Origin: Elsinoe ampelina
Lineage: Eukaryota
Direction: 5' to 3'
NCBI GenBank assembly: GCA_010093995.1
Contig: ML992515.1
Location: 239,533 to 303,532 of the forward strand
DNA: 64,000 nt
In this document: positions 10,785-22,414 of the stretch, piece by piece
Layout: the number at the start of each line of letters is the position of its first letter
How positions within the stretch are numbered: the stretch's first letter is position 1
The notes under the pieces: model-generated
Database searches by the model: none
What the model saw: only the letters and a program-made list of their open reading frames with translations
What the model was told of the DNA's origin: nothing
Translations under genes and position numbers: made by a program

Positions 10785-11661
10785 ATGCTTCCTTCCTGCC
10801 AACCTGCTTACATAGAGCATCAGCAAACTCGCTCGTGACTGCGCCGGTCACTTTGATGTCTACGATGCCCCGCAGCTGTCTCAGAGGTTCGAGCACATGC
10901 TGCACATCTTCTGTCCCCTGCACTCTCTCCCTGGCTCGAACGATACCTCTCTTCTCGCAATCGAGATACTCGTTCCCATTGATCAGCTCGACATGGAGCG
11001 CATTCAGCCCTGCCTTTGAGCCTTCCCTGGAACTGAAAACGTCTGCCAGCTTCTTGACCTGATTCCAAAGACCATAGGTAAGACCATTACCGCCGACATT
11101 ATACTTGATCATTCCAGTGTAGCTGTCGGGGTGGTCCACAATGATGTGCACTTGGCGAATCAGCTGGAGATACTGGCCAGAGAAGGACTCGAGAAACTCC
11201 ATGTCGCTGGTCGGAGTCAAGCCGCTCGGTAGCAGCCACTGGTATCGGAAGGTGATGGATGAGTATTTGACAAACACAACGAATACGCTGTCGCCATAGA
11301 GCATAGCTGCATATTCGTCATGCATCTGTCGGCAAATGCACAGTAGATTGGTCTGGCCTCTCTCCCATATCACTGGCTTCTTCCGGCTTCGGAATCGGGA
11401 TGCTGGAGATGCGTTGCGAGCAAAGGGAAGCTTGATAGCAGTCGCGTCCCTGGCCGTTGCTTGAGGTATGAGGTACGAGTATATCTTCTGACGTAGCTCC
11501 AAGGGTAGCTTGAAAAAGGGAAAGGGTGCGTGCCGCTCAATCTTCTTGTTCATAGGTGAGGCACTTGACCGGCTTCTCCGCTCAATGATAGCGGCCACGC
11601 TACCAGGTGATAAACAATCGGTGACATGGTAGTCACGACAGTTGAAGTGTCCAGTATCCAT
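10780..11661 (-). CDS. Hypothetical protein with an F-box-like 'FFKLPLELRQKIY' N-terminal motif
   Basis: ~293-aa ORF with 'PFPFFKLPLELRQKIYSYL...LLCICRQMHDEYAAMLYG', a pattern typical of expanded fungal F-box-like families. The start is uncertain. Confidence 0.7.
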   Translation of the reverse strand: MDTGHFNCRDYHVTDCLSPGSVAAIIERRSRSSASPMNKKIERHAPFPFFKLPLELRQKIYSYLIPQATARDATAIKLPFARNASPASRFRSRKKPVIWERGQTNLLCICRQMHDEYAAMLYGDSVFVVFVKYSSITFRYQWLLPSGLTPTSDMEFLESFSGQYLQLIRQVHIIVDHPDSYTGMIKYNVGGNGLTYGLWNQVKKLADVFSSREGSKAGLNALHVELINGNEYLDCEKRGIVRARERVQGTEDVQHVLEPLRQLRGIVDIKVTGAVTSEFADALCKQVGRKEAC

Positions 11662-12202
11662 GGCCAAAGTCGCTGTGCCATTGCAGGCGCAGCCGCCTGA
11701 AATATAAGAGGAGAGGATAGAAATTTGGTCGTATGATGTACCTGTGTTGCCTCACCATCATGTGCTTCTCCGCAGTCGTTAAGCCGATGCCGGCCGAGCT
11801 CGTTCGGGAAGCTGCTCCGATTTATTATTCATGACTCGTTCTGGGAGTATCTAACCAACGTGACGTGACGACGCATCTTTCTCCTCCATCCGTCTCGAGG
11901 TCAATCATCAACATGGTTGTGACTTCTCTTTGCGGCTTTTCGAAGCTCGCAGCGAATATGCAGGCTTTCGCTTTCCCTTCTTTACTCGATAGCCCCAAGG
12001 TCGGGGTGGTGTGTCTGTGAGGAGTCGACGAGGTAGCTGGGAAGCACATTCGAGGCCATCAGTGCCCTTGTGTTGACCGAGTCTGTATCGCAGTATTCTG
12101 CATCGCGCAGCAAGCTCGCATCCTAAGCTTTCCAAGTACGTCGGGTCTACAGGGTTCAAAGCAAGTAAGGCTGATAAGAATAGAGCTTACGCAACCACCA
12201 TA

Positions 12203-13252
12203 ATGTGTCTCGATGATCTACCGACTGAGACAATCATCAACATCTTCCTCCATACGCCCACTGTTCAATCTGCATTGGCGCTATCCTCGACTTGTCATCG
12301 TATGCGAACAATCTTCAAGTCATCCAAGAGACTTCTCATCCTCAGTCAAGCAGCTGAGAACCAATATGGACCACTCAAAGACGCCTTCCAAGTCATCACG
12401 TACAATGAATCTCAGCCCGCTCATATCTCGCGCGAAGCGCCTCTCTCGGACGCCTTGATCAAGTCAGTCGTGGCATTGGGTCAAGTCGCTGCAAGATGGG
12501 AGGATATCTATCCATTCAAGAGATGGAAAGACAATTATGCAGCTCGTCGCACCCTTACACCTGACGAGCGCTTTATTCTCCGCCGAGCCATTTATCGTCT
12601 TTGGCTTTTCTCCAAGGCTCACCACAATTCTGCTCATTCCCGCCTGCTACGTATCTCACCACATGCTACAAGAGAGCGGGCCCTGCTTCTTCATAATTTC
12701 AACACCGGTGAGCTTGCCGAGATGCTCGATGTGCACAACATTCTCCGTGATGTCGTCAGCAATAACATCTGTCCATCAAATGGCCGAGTACGACGCAAAC
12801 ACCACGATCGCTTCCCCGATAACAGACACCCTCTGATCTTCAGTGTCCACAGCCCATTCTCGCCCAGCAACAACGACCACTACGCCACGTCGGAAGCCTT
12901 TTACAATCACTGCCGAGTCGATAATTACGGATCCAACTACCACAAGAAGTTTATTCCCACCAGAACCCACGACCCGGGCGGCGAAGGCTGGGGTGAAGAC
13001 ATCAATCACTACTACGTGGTTGAGGACATGCTCAAACTCGACCCTGGTCAGATCCTATACCTGAAAGAGCATGCTCCCCTCAAGATGCAAGTCGAAGGCT
13101 TCATCCGAGGCCTAGGCGACTGGTTCGACAACAACGGCGAAACATTCTGCCAGACACTTTCCATGGTCATCTACCAGCGCGGCAGGGAAATGGACGACAT
13201 CAAGACGGCGGTGGATGAAGGCATTCTCGGGGTGGCCATAGATTTCGACTAG
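12203..13252 (+). CDS. F-box domain protein
   Basis: 349-aa intronless ORF with N-terminal 'LDDLPTETIINIF...LSSTCHRM' F-box signature. Confidence 0.8.
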   Translation: MCLDDLPTETIINIFLHTPTVQSALALSSTCHRMRTIFKSSKRLLILSQAAENQYGPLKDAFQVITYNESQPAHISREAPLSDALIKSVVALGQVAARWEDIYPFKRWKDNYAARRTLTPDERFILRRAIYRLWLFSKAHHNSAHSRLLRISPHATRERALLLHNFNTGELAEMLDVHNILRDVVSNNICPSNGRVRRKHHDRFPDNRHPLIFSVHSPFSPSNNDHYATSEAFYNHCRVDNYGSNYHKKFIPTRTHDPGGEGWGEDINHYYVVEDMLKLDPGQILYLKEHAPLKMQVEGFIRGLGDWFDNNGETFCQTLSMVIYQRGREMDDIKTAVDEGILGVAIDFD

Positions 13253-13340
13253 ACACCACCCGCTCTTTCCATGCTGGTCTCGTATCATATATATCGTGCT
13301 CCCTCCCGCTAGTCTCACAAACCCACTGGAACAATTGACC

Positions 13341-15098
13341 CTAAATCAACTCCTCCAACATTCCCTCCAACTCCCCCCTCCCGAACGGCACAACCAACCT
13401 CTCCGTCCCCATCCCATGCTTCCTGCTCTCCACAATCTGATGATCATAAAACTCCTTCAACAAAGTCCTAAACCCCATCTCACTACTACACACAAACTCC
13501 TCCACCGCCTTGTGGTACAACAACCTATACTCCACCCCATCCGTCCTCTCCTCCCTGCCCGTCCCAGTCCCCGTCCCCTGCCCCCCATCCTTCCCCCCTT
13601 TCTTCTTCGCCTTCTTCTCCGGCCTGCCTTTCCCCCTCACTTTCGTCCTCCGACCAGTCCCCACCTCCTCCGCATCCGAGAACCCTTCTTCTTCGTCCCC
13701 TCCTACCCCTCCCTCCCCGTCGTCGTCGCGGGGGACATACTCCTCCACCCCCGCCCCCTCCATCGCCGTCAATTGCTCGGAAACCAAGATCCGGAACAAC
13801 CCCCTGGCGTTCTCGGGGAGCGAGCGGAGCACGAACACGACGCCGTCTTTGCCCCCCACGCGTCGGCCGGAGCGGGAGAGGAGGGCGTTGACTTCGTCTA
13901 CCGCTGGCAATTCGGCGGTGTAGGGCATGAAGGTGGTGGCGTCGTGGTAGAGGGGGCGGAGTTGAGAGAGGAGCGGGAGGGGGAGGAGGAGGGGGAAGGT
14001 GGGGGTGTCGAAGGAGGTGATGAGGGAGATGGAGGGGGAGGTGGAGAGAGTGGTGATGAGGGAGGTGTGTTTGCGGAGGGGTGGGGCGTCGAGGGAGTGG
14101 ATTATTAGGTAGTAGGGGTGAGGAGGAGGCGAGGTGGAGAGGTGTGAGAGGAGGGCTTCGATGGTGGCGGCAGGGGCGGAGGGGAGTTTGAGGTTTGGCG
14201 CGAGGACGGAGGAGAGGGTGGTGAGGAGGGATTTGATGGTGAGGGCAGGGTTGTAGGCGTTGATTACGATTATCGTTGGTGGAGTGGGTTGGGAGTTGTG
14301 TAGGTGAGTGGCGAAGGAGGTGAGGAGGGAGCGTTTGCTGCCGTAGCCGTAGAGGCAGAGGGAGAAACCTTGGGAGAGCTCAAAGGTCCATTGGTCGAAG
14401 GCTCGATGGTGGTGACGGCTCAGTTGAGCGATGTCATGGGCGTGAGGGTCGGTGTACTCGGCAATCTTTGCGAAGTAGGTCTCGTGGTTGAGGAGGGCGG
14501 TGGAGGGGAGGGAGTTGGTGCTCGTCTTTGCGCCGCCTGCTCGATTCTGGAAGAAGAAGAGCTCATGAGGTGGTAGATCCAAATCTGGTGTCGGTGTCCG
14601 CTCTTTCCGTCGTCCTTTAGGTCGTCCTCGTGGTCGGGGTGTCTTTGAAGGTGTGTCCGGGGCGGATGTGGTTTCATCGTCGAGCTGTGAAATGTCCTCT
14701 TCGTCTTGTGCCGCCAATATCTGCTCTGCTAGAGCTTCCTCATCTTCTATGCCATCCTCTTCGTCAATATTGGACTGCTCTAACAGACGACGGTTGCTCT
14801 TTCGTCGAGCTGAGCTATCTAGCCGTCGTGCTTTGGCAAGGGGTGATTCGTGACTGGTCGGGTCATCCTGCTCGTGGGGCGTGGCTGGCTGTGAGAAGAG
14901 GACTTTCCGGACTGACTTGGGCGTCTCCTCGTGTGGACCGTTCTCAGCCACCTTCAATATGGATCTCAGCTTCGAAGGCGTCTGGGCAGGTGAATTCGTG
15001 GTCGAACCGACTTCTTGCGCTGCCAGTACAGCAGACTTGATTTTCTTTGGTGTCTTTTCGCCATCGGGGGCTGCCTCGGAGACTCTTTTCCTTGCCAT
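13341..15098 (-). CDS. ORC2: Origin recognition complex subunit 2
   Basis: Motifs 'FDQWTFELSQGFSLCLYGYGSKRSLL', 'YHDATTFMPY', 'VLRSLPENARGLFRIL', 'EEFVCSSEMGFRTLLKEFYDHQ'. Confidence 0.95.
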   Translation of the reverse strand: MARKRVSEAAPDGEKTPKKIKSAVLAAQEVGSTTNSPAQTPSKLRSILKVAENGPHEETPKSVRKVLFSQPATPHEQDDPTSHESPLAKARRLDSSARRKSNRRLLEQSNIDEEDGIEDEEALAEQILAAQDEEDISQLDDETTSAPDTPSKTPRPRGRPKGRRKERTPTPDLDLPPHELFFFQNRAGGAKTSTNSLPSTALLNHETYFAKIAEYTDPHAHDIAQLSRHHHRAFDQWTFELSQGFSLCLYGYGSKRSLLTSFATHLHNSQPTPPTIIVINAYNPALTIKSLLTTLSSVLAPNLKLPSAPAATIEALLSHLSTSPPPHPYYLIIHSLDAPPLRKHTSLITTLSTSPSISLITSFDTPTFPLLLPLPLLSQLRPLYHDATTFMPYTAELPAVDEVNALLSRSGRRVGGKDGVVFVLRSLPENARGLFRILVSEQLTAMEGAGVEEYVPRDDDGEGGVGGDEEEGFSDAEEVGTGRRTKVRGKGRPEKKAKKKGGKDGGQGTGTGTGREERTDGVEYRLLYHKAVEEFVCSSEMGFRTLLKEFYDHQIVESRKHGMGTERLVVPFGRGELEGMLEELI

Positions 15099-15389
15099 CG
15101 GACCGAATCAACGGTAGATCATAATTATATGATTGGCCTGCAAATTTGTGGAGGGAGAGCTTGAAACATGAGGTTGAGAGCTATCGTAGCGCAGCCAATC
15201 AGAGCTCGATTTCGCCGAAGCACCTCCGAAGGCCTACATCGGAGTCATTCCCGATATGCTTGGAATTGACTTTTTGTTACAACACCTAGTCACAGAACAT
15301 CGATTCTGTCTGCGATCGAACTTGTCATCGCCGGGGTGCTTTCGGCCAGCTTTTACACCCATTGGAAGCGACCTGTAGGCGCCGTCAAC

Positions 15390-16883
15390 ATGGCGACCTT
15401 TGCTCCCACTACATTATCACTTTTGACTCGGAGCTCTTCCAAGCGAGTGCAATCAGCTCTGGCCACCCAATACCGATCTTATTCTGCCCCAGTCGACACA
15501 ATACCAGCTTCGAAACAGCGATTCATCCCAGACCGCGAGTCGTCTCATGTTCCCAAAGGATTCGTTCTCGGCAGTGCTCATGCTGGGGTCAAAGCCTCCA
15601 ACAAGACAAAGGACGATGTCTGCATCATCGCCTCGGAGCAGCTGTGTAGTGCTGCCGGCTATTTCACCACCAATGCGTTCAGAGCTGCTCCAGTCTCAGT
15701 CTCGATCGGCTCGCTAAGAGCAAACTCCGATGGCATGCGCGGCGTGGTGATCAACTCAGGCTGCGCAAACGCAGTCACTGGCACCGATGGATTTGATCAC
15801 GCCCATGCCATGGCTTCCCGTGTTGACGAACTCTTCTCGGATACGACCCAGGGAGAATCTCCGATCAAGCAGCGAAAAGATGGGGACGCAAATGGCAGGG
15901 AGACACATCAAACATTGGTCATGTCAACTGGCGTGATAGGACAAAAGCTTCCGATTGACAAGATTCTCGGCGTCTTGCCACAGATTAAGGACTCGCTATC
16001 CACCGGCTACGACGCTTGGTTATCTACAGCCAAAGCCATCATGACGACTGACACTTTTCCCAAGCTTGTTACCAGACAATTTACACTTCCATCACATCCA
16101 GACACTACATATACCATCGCGGGGATCTCCAAGGGTGCCGGCATGATTCATCCCAACCTTGCTACGCTGTTGAGCGTCATCTGTACCGATGTGAAGATCT
16201 CCAGCAGGAATTTACGATGGGTAGGTTCGCCTGCCATGACAACCAGCTTCAATTCTATAAGTATCGACGGGGACACATCTACAAACGACAGCGTTGTCAT
16301 ACTTGCTAATGGAGCTGCGGCCCCGGAAAATGCTGCGGCTATAACAATGGATGACGTGGAAGATTGGGAAGCCCTGCGCAGCGTCATTCAAAGTGTGACG
16401 ACGGATCTTGCCAAACTCGTGGTTCGCGATGGTGAAGGAGCCACCAAATTCATTACGATTCGGGTCAGCGGGGCTGAAACACCACAACAGGCTACCAAAG
16501 TGGCCGAGACCATCGCGCGGTCCCCGCTTGTTAAGACAGCCATGTACGGTCGTGATGCCAACTGGGGTCGGATACTTTGCGCCGTTGGAAATGCTGGCGT
16601 ACATGTCCTTCGCAATAGAGTGACCGTCTCGTTCGGCCTCGGCAACCCAACCAAACGGGAGAGCGGCCATGTTGTCGAGGATAAGATGACGCTAGTCAAC
16701 CGAGGACAGCCGCAGGAGGTCGACGAGGAGTTGGCCAAAGAAGTTTTGGAGAAGGAGGACATATCGATCTATGTAAGGCTCGACGACCGGCCGGGCGATA
16801 TGGGCAACAAAGGGGGTGCGACATATTGGACTTGTGACTTTAGTCACGAATATGTGACTATCAATGGAGATTATAGGACTTAG
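15390..16883 (+). CDS. ARG7: Mitochondrial ornithine acetyltransferase / bifunctional ArgJ
   Basis: Motifs 'INSGCANAVTG', 'MSTGVIGQ', 'IMTTDTFPK', 'KGAGMIHPNLATLL', 'DGDTSTND', 'RDGEGATK' and terminal 'YVTINGDYRT', plus an N-terminal presequence. Confidence 0.96.
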   Translation: MATFAPTTLSLLTRSSSKRVQSALATQYRSYSAPVDTIPASKQRFIPDRESSHVPKGFVLGSAHAGVKASNKTKDDVCIIASEQLCSAAGYFTTNAFRAAPVSVSIGSLRANSDGMRGVVINSGCANAVTGTDGFDHAHAMASRVDELFSDTTQGESPIKQRKDGDANGRETHQTLVMSTGVIGQKLPIDKILGVLPQIKDSLSTGYDAWLSTAKAIMTTDTFPKLVTRQFTLPSHPDTTYTIAGISKGAGMIHPNLATLLSVICTDVKISSRNLRWVGSPAMTTSFNSISIDGDTSTNDSVVILANGAAAPENAAAITMDDVEDWEALRSVIQSVTTDLAKLVVRDGEGATKFITIRVSGAETPQQATKVAETIARSPLVKTAMYGRDANWGRILCAVGNAGVHVLRNRVTVSFGLGNPTKRESGHVVEDKMTLVNRGQPQEVDEELAKEVLEKEDISIYVRLDDRPGDMGNKGGATYWTCDFSHEYVTINGDYRT

Positions 16884-17021
16884 CGAGGATATCCACCATA
16901 GAAGGCTGAGAGCTCGAATCCGTTATGCGTGTACACTGTGATGCTAATGCTATGAACATATCTCGTAACGCCTTGAATCATGATTTCACCTCTTCATGCC
17001 TTCTGACCCTACACTCCGCTC

Positions 17022-17996
17022 TCAATTCGCCCAGAACAACCCCCCAACCCACCTCTTGACCCTCTCCGCCACACCCGGCACCGGTCCCACGGCCTTCGCC
17101 ACAACCTCCTCCTCCTGTGCCACCACAGGCTTCACCGCCTCACTCCCCTTCCTCTCCCTCATCTCCCTCCTCTCCCTCCTCCCCTCCCTCCTCCCAGCCT
17201 CAAGCCTCTGTATCCTCCCCACCAACCTCTCCCTCTCCTCTCTCTCCTCCCTCACCATCTCATACCCATACAAATTCATGCCCACAAGCGCCACCACCAT
17301 GGCCACCAACGCCAAACCCCCCTCACCCGCTGCACTCTTCCCCGTCCCAGCGCCAGCGACCACCTCCGCCCTCCCCTCCCGCCGTTGAGTAGTACTCACC
17401 TCCTCCTCGTCCACCACCCCACCAAACTTCTCCCTGACCTCCCGATCCGCTCTGTCCCGCGCTTGTTTCTCCCTGGCTTCTCGGTCCGCTTTCCGCGCGG
17501 ACTGGATCCTCTCCTTCGCTTGAGCGGAGAGCACGGCGTCGCTGCCTGGGATTGCGTTGAGGACGGCGAAGGCGGCGCGGTTGAGGGTTAGGTTGTCGGT
17601 CGGGGTGGAGGGGGAGATGGTGCGGGGGTCGGAGGAGAGGAGGGAGGAGGCGAGGGTTGCGCGGAGTGCGGTTTCGAGGGGACCTTGGGTGGTGGAGGAT
17701 GGGGAGGAGGTGGGCGGTGGGGGAGAGGGGGTGCTGGATGGGGAGGAGGCGGGGGGTTTGGACTGGGAGGGTTTGGGGGTCGTGAAGGGGTCGACTTCGG
17801 AGGATTTGATGGCTTCGATGGCGGGGGAGTGGTTGGTTATGCCGAGGCCGGAGCGTTTGGTGAAGTGTTGTGCTTCGCGGCTTTGGGAGAGGGCGGCGAG
17901 CATGTAGAGCGGGGTAGCGGGGCGGGAGGTGGTGGTGGCGAAGGAGCGGACGGTGGGAGGAGAGAAGGTGAGGCGGTGACTGCGGAGGAGCGCCAT
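17022..17996 (-). CDS. Hypothetical protein, probably mitochondrial (presequence, one TM segment, coiled coil)
   Basis: 324-aa ORF with an Arg/Ser/Thr-rich N-terminus, 'LYMLAALSQSREAQHF', a hydrophobic 'LALVAMVVALVGMNLY' segment and terminal 'GLFWAN'. Confidence 0.65.
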   Translation of the reverse strand: MALLRSHRLTFSPPTVRSFATTTSRPATPLYMLAALSQSREAQHFTKRSGLGITNHSPAIEAIKSSEVDPFTTPKPSQSKPPASSPSSTPSPPPPTSSPSSTTQGPLETALRATLASSLLSSDPRTISPSTPTDNLTLNRAAFAVLNAIPGSDAVLSAQAKERIQSARKADREAREKQARDRADREVREKFGGVVDEEEVSTTQRREGRAEVVAGAGTGKSAAGEGGLALVAMVVALVGMNLYGYEMVREEREERERLVGRIQRLEAGRREGRRERREMRERKGSEAVKPVVAQEEEVVAKAVGPVPGVAERVKRWVGGLFWAN

Positions 17997-19116
17997 GGTG
18001 AGGATGATACGATCTGTGGGAGGTGGAGGAAGTAATCAAGTATACTGAGGCGAAGTCGTGATGTGAGCCCTCGAAGGTGCGATAAGATCATCAGGGATCT
18101 ACCCCACTACCGCGCGGAAACACTGGGCCCGACCGTGTGGGGAAGATCTGGGGCTAGTGGCAGGGGGAATGCAAGATGTAGCGAGCATGACTCGAAGCAT
18201 CTGAGTTGAGGACAATAATGCTGTGAGAGCGAGGGCTCAATGGCGTTGAGATGCTGCTGTTGCCAATTGATGATGCCCCGCTATCCTCAGACGCATGCTG
18301 TGCCTAGTGGCCTGATTGAGTTGGGAGGGCTGGGCAGCTGGTAGTATGCTCGTCCAAGTCACGACAATGATGCACGACAGGATCCGTACGAGCATTATGC
18401 TAGAGCCGTCGCAAGAGAATGGAATAATCAAAAGTTTGCCCGGGCGAGGACTGCTCCAGCGATGGATGCGATTGATCACATGCAAGCTATAACACATCCT
18501 TGACGCCGCAACGTTCTGCATGACTAACAGTCGATAACCCCTCATCCACATGAGTAGCCATACCTAAGCCAAAAGAACTCAATCGTTGAGCAGTAGTAAC
18601 TTGTGACCGCTCTGTCGTTCCGCTGTCCGGTATTCACGCAGCCGACCGATAGGTTTCAACGTCGATTCTGTTGCGAGAAGATGCGAACACAATACAATCG
18701 TTGAGTCATGGCGACTCATGAGCGACAACAGCCTCGTTGGCAGACCGGTGTAAGTCGGAGAATAATTTTGAACGGGCAGAGCCATTCTTGAGGGCTGTCT
18801 ACGTTACATGAGGCAGCAGTGGCAGTCGTGCGGCTTTGCGCAATGCACTCCGATGCAGAGTGGCAATGTTCTCAGGAGAGCTACAGGTCTGTTGATGAAG
18901 ACCAGAGTGATTGGATGATGAGAAAGGAGGAATGCAACAATTTTGTTGAGATTGTCACGATTACTTACACATCTTCGCTTCCCCACCCAAAGTCCGGCCG
19001 CAAAGGGCCAATCATAAAGAGCCCATTTCAGTGTGACCATCTCTCGCTCATTGACACCATTTCGACAACACAATACCTCAAATCGAGCCAGCGAGCTCAC
19101 AAGAACGTCGAGAAAC

Positions 19117-19716
19117 ATGACCTCAAAGTACGTGACATGGTCTGCTCCAAGAAGTCCTGGCAGCAACTATGCTGAGGCGGTCACAACAGTTCTCATCTAA
19201 TATGAACCAAGCCTACCACTTCATCCCGCCACGGTCCACTGGCCGTTTTCATTCCTCACCCTCTCGTACGGTCTGGATATCATACAGCCGGCTCGGTCGT
19301 TGCTCCCGCAAGCGATACAGTCTATACTACCACAGCAGTCGGAGCTCGCAAACATCTCTTACTATGCTCTGAGTATTGGTCTCTTGACCGCACTACCAGC
19401 TGTCTTCTCGGGCGTTGCACAGGCCGTTCAGATTGTGGGCAAGCAGGGGCTGTTCGAAAGTGATGGCAAGACCGTCAAGCCAAAGTTCAAGACGCTGATC
19501 ACGCACGCCATCTCTGCCGATGCTGTCATTGCTCTGAGCGCCTATACTTGGTGGTATCGGAGTGCGAGCGATAGCGTCAACCAGGGTGATTTTGTCAGGA
19601 CGGGACTCGCTGTTCTGCTGGGATTGGGCATGGTCTTTGCTGCTCACAACGGTGGTAGTTTGACATATGAGTATGGTATGGGTCTATCGGTGGGCAAGAA
19701 GGGCAAAGCTGCATGA
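19117..19716 (+). CDS. DUF2231-like small membrane protein, 1 intron
   Basis: ATG 19117 with intron 19128-19211 gives MTSNLPLHPATVHWPFSFL...THA...AAHNGGSLTYEYGMG. The 'HPxxVHxP' and 'GGxLxY.YG' motifs are present. Confidence 0.75.
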
Positions 19717-20213
19717 TCGCAAGACGATTGTAGTCGCAACGACTTGCTCAATCGCATCGATGCCCAATATATCGTGGCGGATATTTCTCAACCGTTTGAG
19801 AAGGAGCGGGCATTGTGCAGTCCGACATGCTCATTGCTTGACAGCGACAAACGATCTGCGAGGCGTGTGCAGTGGTTATCCATTAAGCAGTAGGCTCGCA
19901 ACGGATTAGATATGGCCGTGGAGAGGATGACGTGGCGGCATTGACTGCGATTGTGGATAGACAGAGCAGGACAGATCGTCCACGTAATTTCGGATCTCCG
20001 GACGACTAGAGTCCCCATCGAGTTTGAAGGCTATCTGTCCATTCATTGTTTGGTAGTCCTCCCTTCTGCTGACGCCGCCATCTTGATCCTCTTCGCTTGC
20101 CCCTGGTAGGATCACCTTTGCTATCCTCCTAGGCTATGGCTTCGAGATCTGCATGTTAGAGCTCTTCATGGGTACCCACCCTCACTTGGCATATTGCTCA
20201 ATGAATCTCCCGG

Positions 20214-20241
20214 GCACGAGGAAGCACGAGGAAGCACGAGG
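20214..20241. repeat. 10-bp tandem repeat GCACGAGGAA x~2.8 in the intergenic region upstream of a Pth11-like gene
   Basis: gcacgag gaagcacgag gaagcacgag g read directly. Confidence 0.85.
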
Positions 20242-21238
20242 TCCTGCCGTGTCGTGCCGTGTACGTTGTACACATCTTCGGCATCGCATTCCCTGACATA
20301 GCACCACACCCTCCTGACCAGTTTGATACCTCAACCGAGACCGTTCGTCACAGCTCAATCACGGAATTGTCTCGGTGGTATAAGGTAATGGACGATGAGC
20401 GCTACCGCCGTTCCAACAGCCGTAACTCAATGGCAACTCGATCATGGCGTTCATTAGCTCTGAACGTCCCGAAACGGTATACACTATGTGTCCAAGTCAC
20501 TGGCTCACGTCCATCGTACACCACTCCAGGCCAACAAGCAACCCAACGTGTCTTGGACTCTTGGGCAGGTCCAGCTCGTCTACCAAGACACGTTTACAAG
20601 CCTGTCTCGCCACGATAATGCTTGACATCTTGCGAACTGGTTGTTGATAACAATGGGAAGCTCTCTTAAAGGATCAAGGGGTCAATGCTTAGGGAGCGAC
20701 GGCGCAGTCGCGGCCTTCGAACAATGGTCCACTAGACTAGAGGACTATGCCTACTATTCCTTCGGTCCCCGGCACGATCTCTTTGCTGGGCCACAAAGCC
20801 ATGTCGCATTATCGCATATTGTCTGCCACACCTACTTTCTCCATCCATATTCTGCACAGATCAGCAAGCCATGCCCAATCCTACCTTCGCCGTTGGCTAT
20901 CCATCGTCGTTTCGCTACGAGATGGCATCCTTACCACAGTTCAATCCGTCCTTACGGTAAGCTACTGACTGCCTTGAGCCGTTCAAGGGCCCTGGGCCAT
21001 GTAGTCAACGTCTTTCCCTCTCCGTACCCTGTCCTGGAGACCGCTCAACGGCTGATAGGTACACTTCCGGTTCGTTGTGTCTTGCTACTCCACGCAAGCT
21101 ACTGGTCTGTGTCCTTACACACCCTTGTTGAAGCCTATATAGATAGGAGTCGGCCCTTCTGCATCGACTTTGACACCATACCGACCCCTGACAAGTCACT
21201 CGAACCAAAATCCTCGACAACCACCACCGGACTTTAAG

Positions 21239-22414
21239 ATGGCAGGAGGTATCACAGGCGATGCCCCACCCATGTCGGACAGCTTTATCAAGGAGTCTCG
21301 TGGTGACCAGTCATCTGTCACCTCGGTCGCTTTCGTGGCTATTGCCTTTCTCTTCGTGGCACTTCGCATGTTCACGCGTGGCATCATCGTCCGCAACATC
21401 GGTCCCGAAGACTGGACAATCCTCGGTGCTTGGCTCTGCTCTCTTGCCCTCACCATCTGCATTCTCTTCGAAGTCAAGTTTGGTCAAGGACACCATATTC
21501 ACACCCTCAGCTTGACCCAACTTACTGGTATCTACAAGTCGCTATACTACTCGCTCTCCTTTTATCAAGCTGGCCTTGTCCTCAACAAGGTCTCCATCCT
21601 GTGCCAATACTACCGCATCTTCCCAGGCAAGAACATTCGTCTGGCCATCTGGATCATGGCCGTCCTTACCGCCATCTATGGCTTCTGGTCCATCTTCGGC
21701 AACATCTTCATCTGCACACCCATTCCTTACTTCTGGAACCGCGGCATTCCAGGAGGCAAGTGCATCAACACTACTGCTTTCTGGTTCGCCAACGCGGGCA
21801 TGAACATTCTCACCGACATTCTGGTCTTCGTCCTGCCCATGCCTGCACTCAAGAAGCTCCAACTTCCGAAAAAGCAGAAGGTGGGTCTCATGCTCGTCTT
21901 CGCTCTTGGTGGATTGTAAGTTCCTTTACCCTTCCTGACGTCATTGCTCATCTGATACTTGCTCAGCGTCTGCCTTACCTCCATTCTCCGCCTCCACTCG
22001 CTTTACAATGTTACCAAGTCCACCGATCTGACTTGGGACAATGGCCCCATCGCCTACTGGTCCTCCGTCGAAGTCAACGTCGGTATCATCTGCGCCTGCT
22101 TGCCCACTCTAAAGGCTTTCGCCATGAAGTACTTCCCCAACATGCTCAATTCGTCCAAGAATGGCGGCGCGACATCCTCCAACCGCAAGACAGGTGGCAC
22201 CCAGACTAAGACTCGTGGCAAGAACGCTACTGTCACCGAGGTTGAGCTTGGAAACAAGGGGTTCGCGGACACTGAGGCTTTGGATCCTGGTAGGATCCAG
22301 GTCGTTACGGTCGTCGAGCAGGACAGGGAGGATGCTTCGGACAGCAACTCGTTGAACTCGGCGAGCAAGGTCACTGGTGGGAGACTAGCTTCGCGTGGAG
22401 CGGAGATGGTTTAA
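21239..22414 (+). CDS. Pth11-like integral membrane protein (fungal rhodopsin domain), 1 intron
   Basis: Motifs 'GPEDWTILGAW', 'GQGHH', 'KVSILCQYYRIF', 'CTPIPYFWN', 'NILTDILVFVLPMP', 'WSSVEVNVGIICACLPTLK'. Intron 21916-21966. Confidence 0.92.

Noticed and set aside
13340..14330. Skew islands as true inverted repeats or MITEs
   Set aside because: By eye the arms are complementary in composition only. I saw no alignable TIRs or target-site duplications, and the host reading frames are intact. A self dot-plot would settle it.
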